Of a DNA stretch of 64,000 bases, positions 49,993 through 61,671 are shown piece by piece. Source of the stretch: Amoebophrya sp. A120 (lineage: Eukaryota; Protista; Dinoflagellata); assembly GCA_905178155.1 (NCBI GenBank), contig CAJINV010000025.1, positions 180,122 through 244,121 on the forward strand, given 5' to 3'. The number at the start of each line of letters is the position of its first letter. The stretch's first letter is position 1. The notes below the pieces were generated by a model. It did not search any database. It saw nothing but the letters and a program-made list of their open reading frames with translations, and had not been told where the DNA came from. A program made the position numbers and the translations under genes.

Positions 49993-50555
49993 CGGTATAA
50001 TTAGAAAAAAAAATCCCTAGTACTTGGTCCTCTCGACGTAGTTATCTTGCAAAAAGAAAGCTGTGATGGTGCGCACAAGACCGGTTGAAACTATTGAAAG
50101 CACTACAGGGAAGATCCATCAATGAGGTAGACGAGTTTCTTTTATATAAAGAGAAATCAAGTAGAAAATTAAAAAAGAAATAGCCATGAAATTGAAATTA
50201 GTAGTAGGAACGCAGAAAATTATTTTCGCGAAAGTAGAAGTACAGAAGTGAAACATGAAGATGAACGTATTAACAAGTAAAAAACACAATCAAAGTTGGA
50301 CCTCGAAGCTCGGTCTGCAACGACTTTGCAGACGATCGCGCAAAAGTAGATCATTTTTTTTACTAGATGAGAGAGCGCATCAGGACCACGATCACGATGT
50401 TCTTTTACCTGGTGCTTGCAGGTCAAATGCCCGCAAGTCCACCCTTCTACTCATCTCGAGAACGAGATGACACGCTTCCTGGCGGTGGTCTTCTTCTTCT
50501 TCTGAATAAAATCTAGGTGTGAAGAGCTGCTTCTTCACGGAGAGAGAAGATCAAG

Positions 50556-53500
50556 ATGAAAATTTTCACGATGGCGCCTCCGGCCGAGAAGGGTTTTTCG
50601 GCGCTGTTTGCAAAACACGATGCAACTCTACTGCTTGGTGGTTCTCGGTATGGGGATTGCCGCAAAAAGGACGCATGCAGCCACCTCGTTCACCGCGCAG
50701 GAGCAGTACTTCTGTCCTACTTGCTGAGCAACGTTTTGGTTTTCCTACTGTTCTTGCAGGACCACGCAAGTGCAGTACAAGCAAGGCCAGCGACATCCGG
50801 GGGAATCACCTTCGAACAAGCACTGAGCTATTTCCGCGAGGACTACAAAACGATCAAGTCGGGCCGGGCGGTGCCGCGTGGCAGGCATCTCTACACGGAC
50901 AATAATGATACGCATATCACAAGAAAAAAGTGTTACAGTTACACATTTGTTGGAGCTTCTGCATCACAAATTTTCTCTGTGTGGCACGGAAACTCGTAAT
51001 GCGAAGATCATACGGGAAACGGAAAACAGGAAGGAAACGCGGCTCCCAAGCATTTCCTGCATGACACAGGTTATCTGTGCTGCCGGTCTTGCATAGACTA
51101 TGTGTGTAACTGTAACACTTTTTTCTTGCGATAACGCACAAGGACGCCTTGGCGCAGGGAAAGTTGCACCCGGAGGACCCAAAAGTTTTGGACATCGTCG
51201 ATTGGTGGCCGGTATGCGATGCAACATCAGTATCGTGCAATTGCATATACAATTTGATATCTCAATCTCAGCATGATGAAAGAGGCAGTTTTTGTTCATG
51301 CTGATTCGCTTAGGAAAAGAAGATCTGTGAACATGGATGATTGCGATTGCTACGAGTACGAGACTTTTGCAATTCATACCCGGTGAACCGAAACAACTCC
51401 GCGGAGATTTCGTTTCTCGCCGCCAACTATCAAATGTAAAAGTGTCTGGGTCTGGAAGAATGCATGTTTGTCATGCTTGTCTGGCATGACTCTCAAATCT
51501 GTCATGCAGGTTACCCAAGAGCCCCATTTTTCTGTGATGCAGAAACGTAGTTTGTCATGCAGATCAGGCAACACCTAGAAGCTCAGAAAGTTGTCATGTT
51601 GCAAGGCTAAGGGCAGGGCGTCCCATTTCTTTATAAAAGCTACAAACGGTAACCACCTACCCAGCAAACTCTGAGAGGAATATGCACGGGCAAAGCGATC
51701 TCTACCGAGAGACAACCACAAGAAGCTCCTGGGACGGCTGCGGGATGAGCTTTGTAGCTATCTGAGTTGTCATGCTGAGCCAGAAGTAGCTCAGAAAGTT
51801 GTCATGCTGAGCCAGCACTTGTGGCCTCATCATGAGACGCCACCCAGCATCACAAGTTTCCAGACCTAGACATTTTTACATTTGATACCAACCTAATCTA
51901 CCTCGAGAACAGCTTCGGCGGCGTGCATCTCGTGGAGCGGAGGCGGAGGAAAAAGGGAAAAAGACAAGCCAGCACAACCTCAAGCGGTGGAAATGCGGTT
52001 ACGTACGACGGGCCTGCTACTTCCAGAAGTTCCGGCACCAGCAGTACCCGCCCCCGCCCTCCAGAAGCGCCTTCTGATACAGTAAAAATGGACGGCGACG
52101 GCGAACAGGTTGAGGTCGACGTGGGAGGTTCCGAAAATGGTAGCGATAGCCCGAGTAGTAGTTCCACATCAGCAGACGATGAAGCCGCGCTTGTTCCTCC
52201 GCTGTCTTTCCAAGAATCATCTGAATCGTCCGTCGCGGATGGATATCAATTGCAAAAGTATCGTACTCATAGTAAAAGTAATTGCATGTCTGCATTACAA
52301 ATTTCTTTCTCTTTTTCAAGGTAAATCAGCACTACAAATTTAATTTGTAATGCTGGGCTCATTTGTTTTTGCAATGTAAGTATACTAGTACGATGCTTTT
52401 GCGTTGCATAATGTAGTTGACAAGAAGGACGCGCTCGTGTCCAACGTATCCTGTGCAAAAGTATCGTACTCGTAGTAATTGCAATCATGCATTACAAATC
52501 TTTTCCTTAAGGAAAATCCGCATTGCAAATTTCATTTCTCATGCTGAGGAAATTTGTAATGCATTTATACGAGTGCGATACTTTTGCAATGCATACAACG
52601 TGCTGGCCTTCAACGACCAGGGCGGGGACCGCATGTCGCGCACCTATCGAATGGAAATATGTCTGGGTCTGGAAGGTTGCAACCTGTCATGCTAAATCCG
52701 AAGTATGCAAAAATCTGTGTTGCATGACATGAGTACCTCCAAAAGCCGTCCACTTCTGGCCAAAGTGAGAGGGAGTTTCTCGTGCAGCATAAGCATGATA
52801 GAGATCTGACAAGAGAATCTGTCATGCAGGTGCTGCATTCCAGACCTCATGGGTCATGAAAATCCTGCATTACAATAAATCGCGCATTGTAGTTCCAGAC
52901 CCAGGCATATTTGGATTTGATAGCACCTGTGTCCTTACAACGAACCCCCACGCCTCCTTCTCCCACAGCTACGCGTTTGGGTACGCGGTGCATTTTACTC
53001 ACTGGAATAAACGTGTGTCGGTCCTCTCGTCTCCCTGTCGAGAATCACGAGTACGCCACAACGGACGGCTGACGATCACGGCAGGTTTCTATAGTTGCTA
53101 GATGTTCTTGTCTACCCTGCGTCAGCAAATGCATTTTATTTGCATGACAGACAAAAGGTGCATTATTTAGGTAACGTGCACGACCGTGCGACTCCGATCG
53201 ATGAGAAGAGGTATGGTAGCCGGGCATGAGAAGCCGGGCATTTTTCATTTTCCAGACTCAGACTGACATATTTATTTGCAATGCATACACCTGTTGCGGC
53301 TGGTAAAACGGCTGGCGGACAAGCTCGCGCTGACGACAGGCTCTTTTACGTCGAGTCCTCTTGACGCAGGTGGAAAGAAACTATTACCGACAGAACAAGA
53401 AGAACTCCTAAGACAAAACCTCCAGATCGGTATGGCGGAGGTGGGTATTTTGTCGGGCACCGGGCTATATTCTGTGCAAAAGTATCGTACTCGTACTAAT

Positions 53501-55623
53501 TGCAATTATGCATGACAAATGTTGTCCTTAAGGTAAAACAGCATGACAAGCTCCAGCTTTCATGCTGAGAAAATTTGTAATGCATTTCTACGAGTGCGAT
53601 ACTTTTGCAATGCATAGGCTAGTATCAACTGTAAAAATGTCTGGGTCTGGAAGAATTCATGTTTGTCATGCTTGTTTGGCAGGACTCTTAAATCTGTCAT
53701 GGACGTTACCCAAGAGCTCCGTTTTTCTGTGATGCAGAAGCGCAGTCTGTCATGCAGAATAGGCAACACCTAGTAGCTCAGAAACTTCTCATGCTGAGCC
53801 AGCATTTGTAGCTTCATCATGAGACGCTTCCCAGCATAACAAGTTCCCAGACCCAGACATTTTTACATTTGATAGCTAGCGCTGTGGCACACTTTGTGGA
53901 ACGAAATCCTGTTGCCAAAGTACTGTGAGGAAAAATCTCCCCTCCCCATATCTTAAAAATTTGTGATGCTGATTTGTGATCACAAATCCTGCCTCTCTTG
54001 CAAGAAGGCAAATCCGAAGAATCCGCCGCCTTATGGAGGCGATTTGTAATGCTATTTCACCTACATGGCAGGCCTCTGCTATGCTAAGCGCCTACAACAA
54101 AACACCCCTACGCAGGCTGAGTCTTTGCCTCTAGTGCCTCACTGCAAGACAGGGCCGATTTGTGTACACAAATCCAGCAGCAGAGGTTCCGCTTCAATAT
54201 GGGGAGGGGGGATTTTTCCTTTTGATACAAGGCTCATCGAGGGCGGGGTTGCCGCACTTATTAACACGCAGGATCATTCGTCCGCGATAGTACCAGCGGA
54301 AGCGGACACTGCAAGGGCAGGTGCCCGTACAACTTCCGCATCCTCACACCTGGATTTCGGGGACTTCTTTCAACTCTTCGGCTTCGACTTAGATCCAACG
54401 GTGTTCGCGCGGAACCGAAAGTATCCTGGGCAATAATTGAATGCATCGTACAACTCATAGTAATCGGAATGATCATGCACGAGCATCACTATCACAAATC
54501 TCCTTCCCAAGCTAGAACAGCATGACGAATTACATTTGTTGTGCTACTTGTGCTCCTGCTCCTGACCTAGTAATTTGTAATGCCATTAGTACTACGTTAA
54601 TTTTTGCACAGCATAGAAAGAACCTGGTCCGCCGTGGCGCCTTCGGTCGACGCAGCATAGATACAACGGAACTTCTGATGCAGCAGAACAGCAAGACAAA
54701 TAACGCAAACGGAGGTACTATCGATGCGCCGGAGCTGCAACAGAAGAAATCTGCTCGTCCTTATCAGCTGCAACTTCCGCACGTGTACAAGTTCGTGCAG
54801 GGGCTTTCCGTCTGGCTGAACCGACAGCGGGTTAAGAATGCGGTGCTACGCATTGCAAATGTCGATCTGGGATGTGTGATGTAAGGAATTTGAAGGACAG
54901 CAAGATCTTCCGTAATGCCTGGCTCTTGTCCTGCTGGAAATAACGGGGCTTTTCATTCGATGAAACGTAAACACAACTGAACTCGGACTCGCCAGCAAGT
55001 TCTGACAAAAAATTATTAAGTTGTCACGCTGTTGTAGCCATTATAAAAGGGACTATAGGGAGCAAACCTCATCTCGCATGTAGTTGGAGGGACCACCATG
55101 ACGAATTGATGTCTGCATCTCCCCATCTTCCCACCGGAGGACCCGGATCTTGACAAGTATTTGCATTTCATAGGTACGGTATACGAACGAGCTGCTTGCG
55201 AGCGCGTCAAACCACGTTGGAGCACAGAAGAACCAGGAAGACACTCTCGACGGAACACCTACCGCGGACGACCCAATCTACCTGTATAGATTCGACGACA
55301 AAGGCACGACCACGGGAGGAGGTGAAGCGCCGGATGAGCACCCCAGTCCTAGTGGAGCTGCTGGAGGTGCAGCTGGTAGCCGTTCCGAGAACGAACAGCA
55401 GAAGTTGAAGTTGTTCAACAACATCGAGGACAAAAATGCCACTTTCCACGTTTTGATAGACGACGCCTACCACACGGAGTCCAGCATCCAGCACACCTTC
55501 GACGTGTTTCTGCCGTTTTTGAAGAAACCCTGGGTATTTTTCGTCGAAGACAATGTATCGGAAGGGAGTCAATGCTTACTTAGTTACAACAGCGAATGCT
55601 TGCACAAACGAGGCAAGGCATGA
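50556..55623 (+). CDS. Spliced gene, membrane-anchored class I SAM-dependent methyltransferase
   Basis: N-terminal hydrophobic segment; motifs GGDRM, HSYAFGY, EVGILSGTGLALW (motif I), LFGFDLD, LIDDAYH, FFVED; true last exon may lie at about 57345-57521. Confidence 0.68.
50915..51133. mobile_element. Introner family E
   Basis: Inverted ends, DR acgca. Confidence 0.9.
51428..51887. mobile_element. Introner family A with an about 190-bp internal insert
   Basis: DR ccaac; insert about 51599-51787 flanked by duplicated agctcagaaagttgtcatg. Confidence 0.85.
52447..52595. mobile_element. Introner family B
   Basis: Inverted ends, DR caacg. Confidence 0.9.
52645..52922. mobile_element. Introner family A
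   Basis: Inverted ends, DR gcacc. Confidence 0.88.
53468..53616. mobile_element. Introner family B
   Basis: Inverted ends, DR ggcta. Confidence 0.9.
53623..53874. mobile_element. Introner family A
   Basis: Inverted ends, DR gctag; 6 nt from the previous element. Confidence 0.9.
53921..54227. mobile_element. Introner family G
   Basis: Inverted ends, DR caaag/caagg. Confidence 0.87.
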
Positions 55624-55889
55624 GGTAAAAGAAGAATAAGGATTCGCATTTGCATTCATGATCTTCTACTATGTGGTGCACTACAGACGATCCATGATCA
55701 TGATTACAACTTAATCACGATGGTACGACAAACAAATCTCACCGAAAACCTGAATCTTTGCCGCCTTCACGCGCAACTCTTTGTAGGATTCACGCGCAAA
55801 TGCGTTTTTTGTATTGTCAAAAGTCCTTTTCCTCGATGGTATGACACTTTCTACGCGATGTGATGGTATGATATTTTCTATGCGATGTG

Positions 55890-57086
55890 CCCGGTCGGGT
55901 CGGGTCTACGGCCGGTCGGGTCGGGTCTACGGCCGGTCGGGTCGGGTCTACGGCCGGTCGGGTCGGGTCTATCGCCGGTCGGGTCGGGTCTATGGCCGGT
56001 CGGGTCGGGTCTATGGCCGGTCGGGTCGGGTCTATGGCCGGTCGGGTCGGGTCTATGGCCGGTCGGGTCGGGNNNNNNNNNNNNNNNNNNNNNNNNNNNN
56101 NNNNNNNNNNNNNNNNNNNNNNNNNNNNNNNNNNNNNNNNNNNNNNNNNNNNNNNNNNNNNNNNNNNNNNNNNNNNNNNNNNNNNNNNNNNNNNNNNNNN
56201 NNNNNNNNNNNNNNNNNNNNNNNNNNNNNNNNNNNNNNNNNNNNNNNNNNNNNNNNNNNNNNNNNNNNNNNNNNNNNNNNNNNNNNNNNNNNNNNNNNNN
56301 NNNNNNNNNNNNNNNNNNNNNNNNNNNNNNNNNNNNNNNNNNNNNNNNNNNNNNNNNNNNNNNNNNNNNNNNNNNNNNNNNNNNNNNNNNNNNNNNNNNN
56401 NNNNNNNNNNNNNNNNNNNNNNNNNNNNNNNNNNNNNNNNNNNNNNNNNNNNNNNNNNNNNNNNNNNNNNNNNNNNNNNNNNNNNNNNNNNNNNNNNNNN
56501 NNNNNNNNNNNNNNNNNNNNNNNNNNNNNNNNNNNNNNNNNNNNNNNNNNNNNNNNNNNNNNNNNNNNNNNNNNNNNNNNNNNNNNNNNNNNNNNNNNNN
56601 NNNNNNNNNNNNNNNNNNNNNNNNNNNNNNNNNNNNNNNNNNNNNNNNNNNNNNNNNNNNNNNNNNNNNNNNNNNNNNNNNNNNNNNNNNNNNNNNNNNN
56701 NNNNNNNNNNNNNNNNNNNNNNNNNNNNNNNNNNNNNNNNNNNNNNNNNNNNNNNNNNNNNNNNNNNNNNNNNNNNNNNNNNNNNNNNNNNNNNNNNNNN
56801 NNNNNNNNNNNNNNNNNNNNNNNNNNNNNNNNNNNNNNNNNNNNNNNNNNNNNNNNNNNNNNNNNNNNNNNNNNNNNNNNNNNNNNNNNNNNNNNNNNNN
56901 NNNNNNNNNNNNNNNNNNNNNNNNNNNNNNNNNNNNNNNNNNNNNNNNNNNNNNNNNNNNNNNNNNNNNNNNNNNNNNNNNNNNNNNNNNNNNNNNNNCG
57001 GGTCTACCGCCGGTCGGGTCGGGTCTACCGCCGGTCGGGTCGGGTCTACCGCCGGTCGGGTCGGGTGGGTCTACCGCCGGTCGGGT
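55890..57086. repeat. 21-bp minisatellite spanning an assembly gap
   Basis: (gccggtcgggtcgggtctacg)n either side of an N run at 56073-56998. Confidence 0.9.
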
Positions 57087-58116
57087 AGATGCGTGATAAG
57101 TGCAACTTTTATCACGATGGTATGACAAACAAAGCTCACCGAAAACTTGACTCTTTGTCGCCTTCACGCGCAAGTCTTTGTAGGATTCACGCGTAGTTGC
57201 GTTTTTTGTACTGCTAAAAGTCCTTTTCCCCGATGGTATGGCGGGTTCTACATGATCTGGATAGATTCGACGTCGGTACGATTTGTGGAAGATTCCATCT
57301 ATATCATTTTGAACCTGGCCACTCATAGTACGTACTTAGTACAAGTAGTCGACTTTCCTGTCTCATACTTCTGCGGTGCGATATACAGCCTCGCGGGACG
57401 GCTTTTTGACAGCGACGACGTGGATCCGTTTGGGAAGAAAAGCGGTAGTGGCGGTGTGGAACTGTTTATCCATAAGACGGGCAAGAAAAATGACTGTCTC
57501 ATCGTGGTGGAAGGAACTTAGGACTCACTAGTTTTACAGGCATTTTAACAAAACGGCAGCCCGAAAAATTTTGTAATTTTACAGCATCTACGAGTGAAAG
57601 TGAAAAGCATTTCCTCAGTGCAGTAGTTGCAAAAACGAACTATGAAATGCAAACATCTACTTTTCCAAAAAGAAGAAGCTTCCAGAGTCCTCCAGAACGC
57701 ATCTGCAGAAGAGGCGCCGACCTACTTCTTCCACCGCTCCGACTGGGTCAGCACTCCGCTCCTCGTTGTAAGTAGTACCAGACGGATGTTTTGCACTGGA
57801 ATTGAGTCCTACTCGGAGGCTCAAATAGTTGCAATGGAATGATGAATCTATAGCGAGTGCGTCGAGTGGCCTAGGAAATACTAGCATCAGCTTGGAACGA
57901 GTGTTTGTGTTTTTTTTTTCTAGTCTGGTGGAGAAACGCAAACGGTGTAATGGTCCGCGTTCGACTGAGAGACGAAAAGGACCGATGTTGGATAGCAGTA
58001 CAAGTTTAGTATTCACTTTTCATTTCTTTTTATCTTCACGCCGCCTCGCACATCTGGCCATCTATCCCGTTTTTCGTCTGCAACTCTTGAATCAGGACGC
58101 GGCTGGTCTTGAGACG

Positions 58117-58271
58117 TATCCTGTGCAAAAGTATCGCACTCGTAGTAATTGCAGCCATGCATTACAAATTTTTTTCCTAATGTAAATCCGCATGACAAAT
58201 TTGATTTCTTATGCTGGCGAAATTTGTAATGCATTTATACGAGTGCGATACTTTTCCTTTTGCAATGCATA
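58117..58271. mobile_element. Introner family B just upstream of the IFT80 start codon
   Basis: Inverted ends, DR agacg. Confidence 0.88.
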
Positions 58272-58310
58272 AGACGCACGGTATTGCAATTGCAGCGAGT
58301 TCATTTTAAG

Positions 58311-61115
58311 ATGCGTCTCGTCCTCCAGCAAACGGAGGACGGTTCCCGGCACGAGTCGCTCACCACCGGCGTCGCTTGGAGCAAGAACGTATCAGATGCA
58401 AATATGTCTGGGTCCGGAAGAACACAAGGTTTGCCATGCATGTTTTGCATACCTCATGATGCCTGTAATGCACGACCTAGCGTCACAGATATTTAGGAGG
58501 CTTCCTGAAGATGCCTATATCGCATGACAAATGCCCTCGCCGCGTAGCACAGACTGGATTTCTCAATCTCTTCCTGATTTATTGAATACAGATCTTTTTA
58601 GAATCCAAACACAGCATTACAAATTGCAACCGTGTAGACCCAGACATATTTGCAATGCATAGAACGGCAAGCAGTACGAAGTGTATTCCTGCGCAGATGA
58701 TTATGGATGTGTCAGAATCGAAATCGACAAAATCGAAAAATTTGTGATGCATAAAATGTAGGGCAGTAGAGGCCTGTATTGGAGAGCAGGCAAATGACAC
58801 CAATTGTAAGCCTGTTTAGGGGTATGCAATGTGCTGCCAGAGTAGCATGAGAGGAGCGGTCTTCTTTGCCCAAACAGCATGACAGACTCGATGGATCTGG
58901 GTGCTCCCGAAATTTGTCATGCGCCGCTTGGAAACTGAGGCTCCAACTGGTATCGATTTTATGCATCACAAGTTTTTCGATTTTGTCAATTTCGATTCTG
59001 ACGCTTCCATAATGATCAGACCGTGAAAAAGTGGAGCCCGGACCAGGGGCAGCTTCTCGGCAAAGTCACCTATCACAGTGCACAACAACTCCCCCTCCGC
59101 CTCCTTGGTATGGCAAGAACAGCAACACAAGCAACAGCAGGTATGTGACTTCCGCATAAAGACAAATCCGGACGTAGATTGTAGTCCTGTCTGAGCTGCG
59201 GCCCGAGCTTGTCATGCGCAAAGTGCTTCAAGGCAAGACGTGGAAGATTCAGTATTTTGCATTACAAGTGCGGGGGCGGAGGAAGGGGGGTGCACTCTTA
59301 TATCACCGACACCAGCTCCTACTGCACCAGCATCGACCTCTTTGGCGAGGTCTTTGTCATCGGTTTTAGCGATGGGTCGCTCTCGTGGATCCGGAAAGAC
59401 GGGCGGGAGGAGAAGAAAGTCGCAGGGGCGCACCGGGGCGGAATCACTATGGTAAGTAGTATGCTATGATAGCGTGCTTGTATGAAAAATGTAAAGTAGA
59501 CGTCTACCTTTGAAATCTGTCCTGTAGACGACCCCCGAAGACTTCTTGTCCGGGTTCAAAGTTCTGATGCAGCTGTGTAGCTGCGTGATTGATCTTCAGA
59601 AGTAGCACCAGAGCTGTATTTTTACTGATGGCATGCATGCTGGCGCGAGCACGACCCTGAAAGGAAGGACACAGATCACCGTATTTAGATGATAGAAAAA
59701 TCCGACCGTAATTACCTAAAGGTAAGATGGAACTATGAGGGAACCGCAATCGTGTCAACCGGCGAGGTATCCTGGGCAAAAGCAGTATCGTACTAGAACT
59801 ACCAAGTACAAATCACACGACAAATTTCCTCAGTTTGTAAAGTAAGATTTGTATATGCGGACTTACCTCAGGAACGATAATTTGTAATGCATTACCGCGA
59901 TGATCAGTACGACTGCAAAACTTTTGCAATGCATACGACGACGGCAGCTGCAAGATATGGAGCAAGTCGGGAATGGTGAGATCGACGTTTTCGCAGACCC
60001 ACCCCATCTACGCCGCGAGTTGGTTTTCGGATTCGCAATCGTTGCTGTATTATGCTGTGCAAAAGTATCGTACTCGTATTGCGCTCATGCATTACAAATC
60101 TTGTTCTTAAGCCAAGTCCGCATTACAAATTTTCTTTCTCATGCTGCGGAAATTTGTAATGTGTATCAGTTCAACTGGTCCCGCGGTTCAACAATGTACC
60201 TACCAGTTCAATAACGCCCCGGGGCCTAAATATCCTAGAACAAACAGGGCATTTGATATGCTCGGCGCCAAAAAAATATGCGGATCGATGCAGGAAAAAG
60301 TAGGGGGCCGCTCCTGACCCAAAGGTACGCTCCTGATCCCAGTGGTACTTAGTCGATCCGGGGGGACGGGTAGGACCTGACCCCCGGTTCGGGTCTGTAC
60401 CTGCAATGCCGCAGCGCCGTCGTTTTAGATGGTAGGTGCTGCGGCACAGCGTCGCGCACCGTGATGGGCACCACAGGCCTCACATCTACTGTCTTCACTA
60501 CAGAAAAAAGCAGCCACGACTGCGCTCTGTCCTAGCGTTCGCCTGCTTTCTGTTTGAAACCAGCGCCACGCGCACGGCTTCAGTCTTCGCGCGCCCATTC
60601 ATCGGAAGTATCGTTCCTAAATCGTGTGGCCGCCAGCCGTCCCACCGTAACCAATAGTCGCGCAGCGCTTCGTGCCTCACAAACCAAAATCGCGCGCGCG
60701 CGCGCCAAGAGAGTCGCTTGCGCCTGTCGTGTGGCCCTTCCGCTTCTTTCATCGCGCGCCGCGTCCCGGTGTTTCGGCCCACCTCAGGCACTTCGTTTTT
60801 TCTCATTTCGGCGCTCCGCCTGCACACGTCGGCGCAGCACTGTTTCTGCGCAGTTAGTGTTGCCCCGACCTTCTCCATTGCGCATACTTTTTGCGCCATA
60901 TGGTGCCCGCAAGATATGCTCTGCCGCTCATCGAGATTACTTTCAACCTTTTCCCGCTCTTTTTTTTGGGATTTGCTACGAGTAATACGTATGGCTCTGC
61001 TCTTTTTCGTATGCCCGGAACCTTCACGAACTAGTTCGTGAACTGGGGTACACTCTCGAACCGATTCAAATGCATTTATACGAGTGCGATACTTTTGCAG
61101 TTCATATGTATTGCA
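58311..61115 (+). CDS. IFT80: Intraflagellar transport protein 80, N-terminal WD40 exons; remainder not found in window
   Basis: MRLVLQ...HESLTTGVAW...VYSCADDQTVKKW...[60 protein letters not shown]...IYAASWFSDSQSLLY matches the IFT80 N-terminus. Confidence 0.9.
58390..58661. mobile_element. Introner family A
   Basis: Inverted ends, DR gaacg. Confidence 0.87.
58702..59011. mobile_element. Introner family H
   Basis: Long inverted ends, DR atgat. Confidence 0.9.
59071..59302. mobile_element. Introner family C
   Basis: Inverted ends, DR tcacc. Confidence 0.85.
59768..59935. mobile_element. Introner family B
   Basis: Inverted ends, DR cgagg/cgacg. Confidence 0.83.
60051..61106. mobile_element. 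Introner family B split by a nested 0.9-kb element
   Basis: Left part 60051-60161, right part 61069-61106, DR tgtat. Confidence 0.85.
60162..61068. mobile_element. TG...CA element with 4-bp TSD (aatg) and degenerate terminal inverted repeats
   Basis: tgtatcagttc...gaaccgattca inserted in family B sequence with aatg duplicated. Confidence 0.65.
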
Positions 61116-61671
61116 TATGGAAGTGCCACCAGGTGGGAACGAAATCAACATGCAAAGATGCAGCAAGTGCTGCCAAGACAAACGGCAAAGGCGGGTGAAC
61201 AGGGGTCTTTCTCCGCCGGATGGACGACTGAGCCGCCGGGCGGACGGCTTAGCTGCCTCCAAGCGGCTGCTCCGCTTCGCGAGTTCTTCGATAGGGAGCC
61301 CCCTCAACCATAGGGGGCTCCCTCGTCGACAGGGCGCCCCCTCCGTCACAGGGAGCCCCCTCCCTGCTGGGGAGCCTTCTCCACCATAGGGGCCCCCCTC
61401 CTCGATAGGTCGCCCCCTCCGTGGTAGGGAGCCCCCTCCTTGCTAGAGAGCCCCCCCCCACCATAGGGGGCCCCCTCCTCGACAGGGCGTGCCCTCCCTC
61501 ACGGGGCGCCCCCTCTTCGATAGGAAGCGTCCGCCGCCATTGGCGGCCCCCCCCCCTCTAGGGTGCCCCCCCTCCGAGTCGACTCCCCGGTGGTTAGCCG
61601 ATGGTCCGACGGCGAGCCGACACACCGGCGGCTTGCCGACTCCGCGGCGGCTAACTGATAGTCCAACGGCG

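Noticed and set aside
55814-57326. Long ORFs of 400-480 aa across the N run
   Set aside because: Artefacts of a 21-bp repeat plus unknown bases.
801-60214. Recurrent peptides such as MSGSGR, CKSIVLV, FQTQTF, PDPDIF in the ORF track
   Set aside because: They are translations of introner TIRs, not a protein family.
504-61106. CRISPR-like or integron-like repeat-spacer array
   Set aside because: Repeats are inverted pairs with target duplications in eukaryotic genes; the spacers are exons; no cas or integrase gene.
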